DNA from: Chiloscyllium plagiosum
Taxonomy: Eukaryota
Direction: 5' to 3'
DNA: 55,920 nucleotides
NCBI RefSeq assembly: GCF_004010195.1
Contig: NC_057719.1
Span: 92,094,392-92,150,311, forward strand
The translations under genes were made by a program, and so were the position numbers. This document shows, in pieces, positions 34,418-46,650 of this stretch. Under the pieces are notes generated by a model. That model ran no database searches, was not told the DNA's origin, and saw only the letters and a program-made list of their open reading frames with translations. Positions within the stretch are counted from its first letter, which is position 1. Every line of letters begins with the position of its first letter.

Positions 34418-35769
34418 TTGGTGGGACGTTGGAGTTCTCCCTGATGCCTGCTATGTGCAATTTGATTACTGCGGTCCCTCAATTACAAGTGGCCACCACT
34501 TAGAAAGAACTCAGTCAGCTCGATGTCACTATTATTTTTGAACAGGAGAATGTCATGGTTGCTGTGGTTGTGAAAGGTGGCACATAAATGCAGGATTTTA
34601 CATCTTGTCCCTCTATATTCAATGACCACATCCTGAAATTTTGGAATTGTTAACTTCGTTGCATTCCCATTAAGCCTCCTTCAAAACTTTCTCCCGGGAT
34701 CTTCCACCTCTTTTGATGCATTCTCCCTTCCGGGCCATTAACTGCTTACAGATCCCTCTTGAGCTCTGTGGAAGTATTCTTTCACGGGATGTGGGCATCA
34801 CTGGAAAGGCTGGCATTTGCTGCCTGTCCATAATTGCCCTTGAACTGAGAGGCTTGCTTAGCCGTTGCCGAGGGCAGTTACGAGGCAACCACATCGTTGT
34901 GGGTTTAGAGTCACATGTAGATCAGACTGGGTAAGGATGGAAGTTTCCTTCCCTAAAGGTCATTGGTGTTTTGCATGATCCTTTTTATCTTGCCAGTGAA
35001 GTCCACATCTCATAAAGGTAAAGAAGCAGAGAGGTTTGAGCTAAGCTCTCTTCCTGGTTTAAATTGCTGAGTTGATATTAATTAGGAACGAACTTTGCAC
35101 TCTGCAGAGTCACCAGATTTAGACCTGTCTCCCTTAATTCCACTGAAAGCACTGATACATCGCACCAAACCCAAGTAATCATTCTTCATTCGTAAGCCTG
35201 GCCAACAAGCCCGTCTGACTGTTGTGGGGTTAACACCAGAAACCCAATTCACTCCTCACCTGCCCTCCACTCATTCTCCAGCATTAGGCATTGGGAGTAG
35301 GAGTGTGACCCCTGACTCATTGTTTTCCAACCTGACTCAGGGGCACTTGTGATCCTTTGCGGAGTCCTCATTGGTGCCTTCAAGTGGATCACCTAACTCA
35401 GTCCCAAACAGATAACCTCTGCCATCTAGAAGGACAAGGGCAGCAGATATATGGGAGCACCACCACTTTTAGTTCCCCTCCAAGCCACTCACAACCTGAC
35501 ATTGAAATGTATTGCCTTTTCTTCACTGTTGCTGGGTCAAAATCCTGCTTTCCTTCCCTAAGGGTATTATAGGTGTCACTACACCCCAAGGACTGCACTA
35601 AGTCCAAACAGCAGCCCACCGCCATCACCTCAAGGGCAATTAGGGACCAGCAATAAATGCTGCATTTTTTTGCATAAGAATTTCAAAAGGTAATTGGTGT
35701 TAAGAAGGGGTGTTTTTCTCATTTCTCTTGAACCTTTTGTTTATTAATTAGAAAGTACTGTAGATGGGG

Positions 35770-37945
35770 AGAAAGGCTGTTTGACCGATGTCCAAGAACC
35801 ATCCAATTGGCGAGTGAAGAATCTGTTCACCGTCCAATTAGCTTTTGGGAAGCTAGTGCCAATGAGGATGGATGTACCATGTGACCAATGGAAGGAGAAC
35901 TTGCAAAACTATGTATAAGTTCGGTACCTAAACCGAGAGGGTATAAATATCAGCAAAAAAAAAAAGAGTGCTTTATTCTCGAAAAGTGAAGGCTGATAGA
36001 AATCATTAAAATTGTGAAAGGGCTTGATCGAGTAAATGCAGAAATGTTTCTGCTTGTGATCTTGAACACTTTGATACGTACATATTGCGAACAAGACTAG
36101 ACAACTCTGCACCTTGAACTCGCTCTACCATTTAATAAGATCATGGCTGTTCTGATACAAGTTGTTGTCTATCCCTAATGACCTTTCGCCATTCCCCTGC
36201 CCCCTAACCTCCGGGGAAAGTCTATCCACGTCCGCCTTAAAAATATTTCAAGACTTCTCTTCCATCACCTTTTCAGGAAGAGAGCTTCGTCACCCTCTAT
36301 GACAAATAATTTGTGCTCATCTCGGTCTTAAATCAGTGACTCCGGATCTTTAACAGTCACCTTCTAATTCCTAGGTTCATCCGCAAGAGGAAACATCCTT
36401 TCCACATCCACTTGGTAAAGTCTCCTCAAGAACATTCACGTTATAATTAAGTCACCTCTGACCCTTCTAAACTCCTGTAGATGCAGCCTGCCCTCATAAG
36501 GCAATCCACTCATTCTGGGTTTTTGCCCATTAAATCTTCAGGGAAGGTTTCCAATCCATGAACATCTTTCTTGAAGTAAGGGGACAAACACTGCACACTG
36601 TACTCCATGTGCAGTCTCACTAGTGGCCCTGAAAAATTGAATCATAATCTCTATACTTTTATACTGAATTCCCCTTGCAATAAATGATAATGTTCTATTA
36701 ACTTACTTGCTGTACATTCATATTCTATTAGCTTTCTTAATTACTTCTGTGATTCTTTCATCAGGACACACAGATCTCTCTATCTTAGGGCTACAGGAAG
36801 AGGCTGAATAGGCTGGGGCTATTTTCCTTGAAGCATTGGAGGTTGAGGGGGTGACCTTAGAAAGGTTTATAAAATCATGAGGGGCGTGGACCGGGCAGGG
36901 GAGTCCAAAACTAGAGGGCATAGGTTTAAGGTGGGGGGGGGGCGGGAATTAAAAGGGACCTGAGGGGCAGAGTGTGTATGGAATGAGCTGCCAGATGAAG
37001 TAGTGTAGGCTGGTACAATTACAATATTTAAAAGGTATGGGATAAGCATATGAGTAGGAAGGGTTTAGAGGGATATGGGCCAAATGCTGGCAAACGGGAC
37101 GAGATTAATTTAGGATATCTGGTCGGCATGGACGGTTTTGATCAAAGGGTCTGTTTCTGTGCTGTACATCTCTATGACTGTGCAATCTTCCACCGTTTAG
37201 ATGATGTGCTTCTTTTTTATTCTTTCAGTCAACATGGACGATTTTCACATTGTACCCCATTTGCCCACATGCTTATCTGTTAAAATTCTCCTCATGTCTT
37301 CTTGACAACTGACTTCCCTACCTATCTTTGTGTCATCACTGAATTTAGCTCCCACGCCTTCACTTCCTTCATCCAAGTCATTTATATAAAATAATCTCTG
37401 CAAACTGTAAAGAGCTGAGGCCCCAGCAATGACTGGCACGCCACTCGTGACATCTTATCATCTGAAAAAGACCCACTTATTCCCACTCTCGGTTGTCTGG
37501 TGGCCAGTCAATCCTCTATCCATGCCAATGTAGTACTCCCTCCACCAGGAGCTTTCATATATCCTCAACAATCTCTGATGTGGCACCTTATCAAATGTTT
37601 TTTTGGAAATATAAGTATAGTATATCCAACGGTTTCCTGTTCCTCCACACCTCAAGGAACTCCAAGAAATTGCTGAAACATAATTTCCCTTTTCACAGAA
37701 CCATGTTCACTTTGCTTAACTAATAAAGCTTCAAGTAAGTAATAAGTTACAAACACATCCAATAGGGAATTCAGGAGAAGTTTTGTATGTGGGGAGTGCT
37801 GGTACACAAGGTACTTTTGTTTTAATAGAGTTGAACAGCTCGAAAGCAGACCCTTCGGCCCAACCCGTCTCTGCCGATTAGGTTTCCCAAACTAAACTAG
37901 CCCCATTTGCCTGCATTTGGCCCACATCTCTCTAAACCTTGCCTA
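35770..37945. mobile_element. Cluster of CR1-clade fragments in both orientations
   Basis: 36790-37180(+) young 3' end inside an older minus copy (36125-37720: FYINDLDEG.EGVGAKFSDDTKIG, KTFDKVPHQRLL). Confidence 0.82.
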
Positions 37946-38035
37946 TAATTACTGAAAATTAACGGCAGCATGGGAATTAGCTGAGGGAGGAAGAGAGACA
38001 CACCTATCGAACTGTGTCGGCCACAGATTAAAACA

Positions 38036-38952
38036 TGTGAATTGAATTGAATTTATTGTCAATGTACCGAGGCACAGTGAAAAGCTTTGTCTTGCCAGCA
38101 ATACAGGCAGATCACAGAGTTAAGTAGTATAGATAGTAAATAATAGGTAAACAGCAGCAAAAACAAAAACACAGGTACAGGCGAATGTTAAGAGTTTGTG
38201 AGTCCATTCAGTATTCTAACAACAGTAGGGTAGAAACTGTTTCCAAACCGGCTGGTGCGTGTGTTCAGGCTTCTGTACCTTCTCCCTGATGGTAGAGGTT
38301 GTAGGAAAATATTGTCGGGGTGTCCACATGAAGAGTCCAAGAAAGCTTGTTGTGGATGAGCACTCCCAGGAGCTTGACACTCTCCACTCCTTCCACCTCT
38401 GTGCTGTTAATGTATAGGGGGCATGTGTAACAAAAGTCAATAATGAGTTCCTTGGTTTTGCCGGCATTGAGAGCTAGGTTATTCTCAGTACACCATTTTT
38501 TCAGATCTTCCACCTCCCATCTGTAATCTGTTTCGTCGCCATCTGAGATTCGACGGACTACGGTGGTGTCATCAGCGAACTTGTAAATGGCACTAGTCTG
38601 GTATCTAGCGATGCAGTCATGGGTATACAGTGAGTATAGTAGGGGGCTGAGTACACACCCCTGGGGGGGCTCCCGTCGCCATCTGAGATTCGACCGACTA
38701 CGGTGGTGTCATCAGCGAACTTGTAAATGGCACTAGTCTGGTATCTGGCGATGCAGTCATGGGTATACAGTGAGTATAGTAGGGGGCTGAGTACACACCC
38801 CTGGGGGGGCTCCAGTGTTAAGTGTTAGTGAGGATGAAATATTATTTCCAATCTTCACTGATTGTGACCTGTGGGTCAGGAACCTGAGGATCCAGTTGCA
38901 GAGAGTGGGACTTAGTCTGAGATCACTAAGTTTAGTAATCAGTCTCAAGGGG
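38036..38952 (-). mobile_element. Rex1/Babar-type LINE RT fragment with internal 140-bp tandem duplication
   Basis: [17 protein letters not shown]...[42 protein letters not shown]; 38534-38673 repeated at 38674-38813. Confidence 0.9.
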
Positions 38953-39944
38953 AGATGTGTGAGACGCTTGGGTATGGTTGACACTCTGTCTGTGCTCTGG
39001 GCCTGGAGTTGGCTCGGTGGGTAGCTGTAGGTGCACTGCTTTGACAAAGGGCACTGTCTCATTGAACAGGCTGGAACGAAGCCTCCCTCAGATGGATGTA
39101 AAAGATCCTCCTCCGAGGGCGAGTCCATGTCCGGATCAAATGTTGAATCCTCTGCACGAGATCGTTTGACCGGACGTCTCTACACCCCTGTCCCTGAAAA
39201 GCTGGTCTGACTACCGGGGTCTCCCACAGGTACAGTGGGGAGGCAGGTCCTGAATCCATAATGCCGTAAGGTACAGTCGGAGAATTAGGCCATTCAACCC
39301 CATTGCCCCTGATCCCCTTACTAATCCACTCCAGTGGGATCGCACCTTGTACTGTTGGCGTTAAGCTGGCTCCCCTTGACCCCAACTGTGCAGCCACTGA
39401 CTACAGCCTCCTCCCACCTCAGCTCCAAACCCACCCCCTCTCCTGGAGGCGTCTGGGTTTCCGTGGCAACGTGCATATGGATGGGGCTTTCCATCACATG
39501 TACGTCAGGGGAAGCGTTTACAACTCGATAACTGATCAGTTTGACCACGTTGCTAACACAGCTTCCCTGGCAACAAGACTTGAACCCAGAAGCTTCTGGC
39601 TTAGGGGCAGGGACACTGCCCACTGTGTCACCAGGTCTCCTTCAAGTGCAGACAATGTGGTCATAATCACATTGCTGATCCTGGGAACATGTGTAGAAAT
39701 TGGCTCCCAGGCATTCACCCACCCCCCACTCCCCCAGTTACAGCAGTGACTACAAACCTAGGGGACGTTACCAGCTGTAAACGCCTGGGTGACCTCAGGG
39801 TGCAACTCAAATGCAAGCTCTTTCTTTCTCACCTGTAACCTTCCTGCAGTTAGGCTGGGATTAGTTCCTGAGTGCTCCACAGAGATAATGCGGTGAGCTG
39901 GCCCAGGGAAGTGTAGTGTGCTGACTCACTCTACCCCAGTGTCC

Positions 39945-40073
39945 AATTCCTGAAGAAGGGCTCATGCCCGAAACGTCGATTCTCCTGCTCCTCGGACGCT
40001 GCCTGACCTGCCGTGCTTTTCCAGCACCATGCTCTCGACTCTGACCTCCAGCGTCTGCAGTCCTCACTATCAC
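39945..40073 (+). mobile_element. Short PLE-terminus insertion with 14-bp imperfect TSD
   Basis: ctacc(c/t)cagtg(t/a)cc at 39931-39944 and 40074-40087; ends ctgcagtcctcactatcac. Confidence 0.8.
39946..39981 (+). ncRNA. Minimal type I hammerhead ribozyme motif, PLE-associated
   Basis: CUGAAGA (39950-39956), extra A, stem II GGGC-UCAU-GCCC, GAA, palindromic ACGU, C17 at 39977; stem I is weak (auuc/gauu). Activity untested. Confidence 0.65.
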
Positions 40074-40269
40074 CTACCTCAGTGACCCCGTGCACATCCC
40101 AGCACAGGCCATCTTCTTCAGGAAATAAAACAGCAGCTGCTTACATTTATCCTGAATACAAAATACCCAAAGGATGTGGTGGACAAAATTTGATAGCGGG
40201 TGACATTGAATGATGGAGGGGCCTTCCTCATAGAGCTTCAGTCCTAAAGAGGAGAGAAAGAGAGAGAGA

Positions 40270-41650
40270 CCCACCACCCTCTGCCTGAAGAACTTTCCAC
40301 GGATATCTACCCTAAACCTTTCCCCTCTCACCTTGAACCCGTGATCCCTAGGAATTGGGTTCCCCACTCTGGGAAAAAGCTTCTTGCTATCCACCCTGCC
40401 TATACCTTTTGTAGACCTCAATCAGGTCCCCCCCCCACTTCAACCTCCGTCTCGCTAATGAAAATAATCCTAATCTACTCAACCTCTCTTCATAGCTAGC
40501 ACCCTCCACACTAGGCAACATCCTGGTGAACCTCCTGTGCACCCTCTCTAAAGCATCCACATCCTTTTGGGAATGTGGCCACCAGAACTCTACGCAGCTT
40601 TCCAAATGTGGCCAAACCAAAGTCTTATACAACTGTAACATGACCTGCCAACTCTTGTACTCAATTCCCCGTCCGATGAAGGAAAGCCTGCCGTATGCCT
40701 TCTTGACCACTCTACTGAGCTGCGTTGCTACCTTTCAGGGTAGAATGGACCTGAGGTGAAAGGACAGCTGATGGCACGCTGAATAAATAAACACGGAGTG
40801 GGGGTGTTCTCAAGAATTGTGAGGACTGCTGGTGATTGTGGGATGGAGCAGGTTATAGCAGTGAAGTGGGGCGTGACAGGGATACTGGGGACAGTGAAAG
40901 CTCAAAGGGAACTGGAAATAAGGCCAAGAATCTGAGATGGAGTTTAGTTTGGATAAATATGAGGTGTTGCATTTTGGTAAGACCAAACTAGGATAGGGCT
41001 TACACAATTAATGGTCAGACCCCAGGGAGTGCTGTCGAACAGAGAGATGTAGGGATGCAAGTACATAGTTCCTTAAAAGAGGCATGACAGGTGGACAGGG
41101 TAGTGAAGACAGGGTGATTTGGCGCGCTTGCCTTAATCGGTCAGAGCACTGAGTACAGGGGTGGGGATGTCATGTTGTGGCCGTACAAGACATTGGTAAG
41201 ACCACATTTGGAGTACTGCGTACAATTCTAGCTGCCCTGCTATAGGAAGGATGTTGTTAAACTAGAAAGGATACAGGAAAAGAAATTACCAGGATGTTGC
41301 CAGGACTGGAGGGTTTGAGTTGGAAAGAGCAGCGGGAAGGCTGGAACTTCATTCCTTGGAGCTTCAGAGGCTGAGGGGTGACCTTAAAAATTTATGAGGG
41401 GCATGGATGGGGTGAATAGCCAAGGTCTTTTTCCGAGGGTAGGGGAGTCCAAAACTAGAGGGCAGAGGTTTATGGTGAGAGGGGCAAGATTTAAAACGGA
41501 CCAGGGTCATAACTGCTTCCCCAAATGCGCTGTCAGAGAAGGTGGTAGAGGTAAGTCCAGCTGCAACATTTCAAAACAAATGTGGACAGGTAAATGGATT
41601 GGAAAGGCTTAGAGTGATATGGGCCAAATGCGGGCAAGTGAGACTAGTTC
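40270..41650. mobile_element. Divergent CR1 fragments: 40270-40752(-) and 40930-41650(+)
   Basis: VVKKAYG.LSFIGRGIEYKSWQVMLQLYKTLV.PHLE; + copy EVLHFGKT through the 3' UTR. Confidence 0.9.
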
Positions 41651-41731
41651 CTTTTCAGACATTTGGGGTCTGTACGTCTCTAACTGGGATTGGCTGTGGG
41701 GAGGGGGTCTAAAGCACCAAAACTGTCAAAA

Positions 41732-42013
41732 GGGGCAGCATGGTGGCTCAGAGGTTAGCACAGCGCCAGGTACCCAGGTTCGATTCCAGTCTCGGGTGTC
41801 TGCCTGTGGGGAGTTTGCACATTCTCCCTGCGTCTGTGTGGGTTTCCTCCGGGTGCTCTGGTTGCCTCCCACAGTCTGAAGATGTGTAGTGTAAGTGGAT
41901 TAACCCTAGGGTTACAGTGACAGGGTAGGGGTTTGGGTAGGATGCTGTTCTGAGTTTCGATGCAGACTTGTTGGGCTGAATGGCCTCTATCTGCACTGTC
42001 GGGATTCTGTGAT
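41732..42013 (+). mobile_element. HE1-type SINE, older
   Basis: Head, core and tail motifs. Confidence 0.85.
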
Positions 42014-42845
42014 TTGACAAGGGAACGGGAGTCGGATTCTGAACAGCTCGAGCTGTGGCTGAACTGCAGGTCCAGCTTTGTAACCTTTCGCAGTCAATAA
42101 CAGGATCTGAAAATGAAAGCTCTTCTGCTGTTGAGACTGGGGATTGGGGGCTGCTTAGTTGTGGGCCCCGCACCCTCCACCTACAGAGAACAGAAACAAG
42201 CTCCGACAGGAACCTTCAAACACCTTGTGGCCAGAACCACTCAAGTCGACTAGCAATTGAAGGCAGCATGGTTTGTGAGCGGCAGCCTTTGAACAGACTG
42301 CAGAGTGCTGGGTTATACAGCACTGACTGAGAATGTCACCCACTGTTCCAGGAGTTACTACCCACATCATTACATTTTCACAAACCCTTCCTGCTTTCTA
42401 ATCTTCAAAATGGTTTTGTTGATGTATAAACAGTTCATTCACACGGAGCTGAGGAAAATAGCATCATGTTAGGGAGAGAGACAGAGACCAGGAGCTGTTT
42501 TACAAGAACGGTTCAGGAATGATGAACTTCAGTGATGAGGATAGATTGAAGATGTTGGGATTTTCCTTCTTGGAGAGAAGGTGGCTCAGCTGGAGATCCG
42601 ATAGAGGTTCTCAAAATCATAAGCGGCCTGGACAGACTAGATAGGGAGAAATAACAGAAACGAAAATGAGAGGGTGTAGGTTTAAAGCCATCTGCAATTG
42701 AAGCAAGGGTGATGTGAGAAAAATCCTCTCTTCACACAGTGAGTTGTTAGGGTACTGCCTGGAAATGTGGTGTAGGCAGATTCAATGGAGGCATTCAAGA
42801 GGGTATTGGCTCAAAATGGTGTGTAGGGATGTGGAGCTAAGGCAG

Positions 42846-43105
42846 GATTAGATTAGATTCCCGACAGTGTGGGAACAGGCCCTTCAGCTCAACAAGTCCA
42901 CACCCACCCTCTGAAGAATGACCCAATCCCCTACATTTACTCCTCACTAATGCACCTAACAGTATGGGCAATTCACCTAACCTGCACATCTTTGGATTGT
43001 GGGAGGAAACCCACGCAGGCACAGAGACTCCTCACAGACAGTCACCCGAGGCTGGAATCGAACCCGACTCCCTGGCGCTGTGAGGCAGCAGTGCTAACCA
43101 CTGCC
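42846..43105 (-). mobile_element. HE1-type SINE inside an old CR1 3' end (about 42500-43200, +)
   Basis: (tagat)n tail, core, head. Confidence 0.88.
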
Positions 43106-43947
43106 CAATTGGTTGGCACTAGGAAATGATTGTTGAATGGACTGGTACAGCCAAGATAGGCTGAATCGCTTCTTTCCGCTCTGTACCAGTCTGTGATTCT
43201 ATCTGTGTGAGTCTGAGCAGTGGGGCGTGGGAGTGAGGGTTTGGCAGGCCAGTGTGCAGCTTCTTTCATGAACAAAGCACTGAGCTCGCGAATCTTCCAT
43301 CTTGCCTGCAGCTAGAGCTGACAGCACCATCAATGTGTCAAACTGTGTGTCTGAGCCGTTGTCAATGGAGATGTTCAGGACTCCTCTTTCACAGTGACAG
43401 CACTCCAGCCCATCATCACTCCCTCATCTGTCTGAAGGTGGATTAACTCGGAATGGGTTAAAAATGACACTCCACAAACTGAACCGAATGATTTAGGTTG
43501 ATACTGTTTGTAAGGAGCAGCTTTCTCTTGTATACGATGCCGTAGGGGTCTGTGTAAGTACAAGTCTGATACATGCTTCGTAATAAACACCAGCAGGTGC
43601 AGGAGAAACTCAGCAGGTCTGGCAACATCTGTGGAAAGAGAAACACTTGGAATTCACCTTTTAAACCTGAATTCAGGTTTGAAAATGACCACGGTGGGAT
43701 TTGAATTGACATTGGACTGGGATTGTGCATGAATATGTGATTCAGCAATGTAACCATGACCCCATCACACTTCAAGCGATGCAGTGCCTTAAAGGTGTAC
43801 CACTGGAATTTTGTATGCTTTATTCCAGCGTTTTTAATACCCAGGAAAGAAACGTATGTGAAATCAGTGAGGTTGGCCATTCGTATCTTCTCCAGCATTG
43901 AGACATTTTCCTTTAAAGGCGCTGAGTTTTCATGGTGTGGCTTTTCT

Positions 43948-44290
43948 CACGGTGGCTCAGCAGTTAGCACTGCTACCTCACAGCGCTAGGGACTCGGGTT
44001 CAATTCCCGCCTCGGGCGACTGTGTGGAGTTTGCACATTCTCCCCGTGTCTGTGTGGGTTTCCTCAGGGCGCTCCGGTTTCCTCCCACAGTCCAAAGATG
44101 TGCAGGTTAGGGTGAATTGGCCGTGCTGAATTGCCCACAGTGTCCAGGGACGTGCAGAGTAGCCATGGGAAATGCAGGTTTATGGGGATTGTGGCAGAGG
44201 GAGTGGTTGGTCTCGGAGGGATGCTGTTTGGAGGGTTAGTATGGAACCCGATGGGCAAAATGACCCTCTTCCACTGTCGGGATTCTATTA
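43948..44290 (+). mobile_element. HE1-type SINE
   Basis: Head, core and tail motifs. Confidence 0.9.
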
Positions 44291-45577
44291 TCCTGTGCCC
44301 CAGAAATTGCTTTGAGAATGTGTACTTTTGCCACGAGTTGGAGAGGGGGATCTCTGCAGACAGGCTGTGATTCTGGAACATTTCCCATTCTGCTCAACAC
44401 GTACAGAGCCTTGGTTAGGGTGCAGATGGAGTACACTGCGCATTTCTGGTCTGCGTATTACAAAAAAAGGGGATATGGAAACACTCGAGAAGATTTTTAG
44501 AACTGGGAAGAGCGCTCCCAGAGGTCAGCTGTAAAGACTGAAGAAGCCTTTCCCCAGCAGGCAGATACAAAGGTTAAGAAAGATTTCAACGTCTTAAAAG
44601 TTAAGCAGGATTTCAGTAGGGTGGGTGCTGAGCTGATGTTTCCACCTACCCAGACGTAGAGGGCATAACTATAACGACTAAACCCAATTGGGAAACAGCA
44701 GAAGATTTTTGGCACGCAGACTGGTGAGAATGTGGAACTCGCACTCATGTTGAGTGACTGCAGTCAATGAGGAAGTGAGCTCAACACAGCGAGGGGAAAC
44801 AATTGGGAAGTTGTTGTTTTGATTGATATGAAGCACAAGAGGAGAAACTTTCTGCAGAAACAAAAAGCATTGAGGTTCAGATCAATTGGCCTCTTCCCGC
44901 GCTGTACTTTCACTCTCAGGGATTTTTGATCACATGAGCAAGGGTGCTCCCCACTGAGGGGACGGCTATAGTTAACATAGCCATGTTAAAGTCTGAAAAA
45001 GAGAATCAAGCCAATGTGTTTTCAAGAAATCTCCACTTGTGGCTGCTTCACTCAGTTGATTGAACAGCGAGAATGGTGTCGTATGTGTTTGATCTCTGTG
45101 CTGACTCAGAGTTCTAGAGAATAGCAGGGTGTATTTACTCCCTGTACTGACTCAGATAATTCTCGAGAATGGTGCAGTGTGTTTGATCTCTGTAGACGTT
45201 TTGGGGCTTATGCCCTTGTCCCTGAGTAGCAACCCTTGGATAATGAGGGAGTTACATAGAGAGAAGGGCAGTGTTACTGCTTCTCTATCTCCTGCTGCTG
45301 TTTAACTTGTCTGTATATTGTGTCTAATACATTCACACTTGCCAGTCAGCTTTCTTGAAATATGCCATCTGAGTTCTTCATGTCACTCTGTCCAACTTTC
45401 TACACGTCCTAGTGTTCCAGCTGTCTGATGCAGCCTTTCCCAGGATCTACCAACGTTCTCAGCCCATCTTTCCTCTCTGTTTGGACTCAGCGATAGGTAT
45501 TCCCAGCTCCTGACTTGTCTTATTTTCTCTGGTACGTCCTCCAAATTTGCTGACGGCTGCAGTTCAGTCGATCCGAC

Positions 45578-45940
45578 AGTCATAGAGGTGTACAGCATGG
45601 AAACACCACCCTTTCGGTCCAACCCGTCCATGCCGAGCAGATATCCCAGCCTGAACTAGTCCCACCTGCCAGCACCCGGCCCATATCCCTCCAAATATCC
45701 CTATTCATATACCCATCCAAATGCCTCTTGCAATTATACCAGCCCCCACCACTTCCTCTGGCAGCTCATTCCATACACGTACCACCCTCTGTGTGAAAAC
45801 GTTGCCCCTCGGGTCCCTTTTATATCTTTCCTCCCTCACCCTAAACCTATGCCCCTCTAGTTCTGGACTCCCCCACCCCAGGGAAAAGACCTTGTCTATT
45901 TACCCTGTCCATGCCCCACATGATTTTATAAACCTCTACC
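45578..45940 (-). mobile_element. Young CR1 3' fragment
   Basis: Reverse complement of the 13520-13885 type sequence. Confidence 0.92.
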
Positions 45941-46154
45941 AAACAGTAATTCCTTCTGCCTCAACATAATGGATTGTAACGTCTGAATACAGAGCAGGGT
46001 GAGGTCCTCCTGCACCTCCCCCACCCCCTCCATTGTCTCTCTCATGAACAACCCTCTGAACACCTACCTCTCCAACCGAGCCCTGTCCCCATTGCCTCTA
46101 CTTTGACTCTTAGAAACACTGGTTAGGTGCCCCGCTGGGCATAGTTCTGGTAAG

Positions 46155-46245
46155 GCAAAGGTGAGGACGGCAGATGCTGGAAATCAGAGTCTAGGTTAGA
46201 GTGGTGCTGGAAAAGCACAGCAGGTCAGGCAGCATCCGAGGAGCT
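46155..46245 (-). mobile_element. 91-bp PLE-terminus insertion with perfect 15-bp TSD
   Basis: catagttctggtaag at 46140-46154 and 46246-46260. Confidence 0.88.
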
Positions 46246-46325
46246 CATAGTTCTGGTAAGACACTTTCAGGAAGTTTTCAGAGGCGTTTATAGGGGCAGT
46301 TTGATTGAATAGTTACAGGGTTGAT

Positions 46326-46650
46326 GGGTGACACGGTGGCTCAGTGGTTAACAATGCTGCCTCACAGGGCTAGGAACCCGGGTTCGATTCCAACCTCGGG
46401 TGACTGTCTGTGTCGAGTTTGCACGTTCTCCCCGTGTCTGTGTGCGTTTCCTCACACAATCCAAAGATGTGCAGGGTAGGTGGATTGGCCATGCTAAATT
46501 AGCCCAAAGTGTTCAGGGATGTGTAGATTAGGTGCGTTAGTAAGGGGGAAATGCAGGGGAGGGGAATGGGTCTGGGAGGTCACTCTTCGGAGGGTCGGTG
46601 TGGACTTGTTGGGCCGAAGGGCCTGTTTCCACTCTGTCGGGATTTTATGA
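46326..46650 (+). mobile_element. HE1-type SINE
   Basis: Head, core and tail motifs. Confidence 0.9.

Noticed and set aside
33996..34541. Five long ORFs rich in Cys/Val or His/Thr
   Set aside because: Translations of a (TG)n microsatellite; the same applies to 19297-19740.
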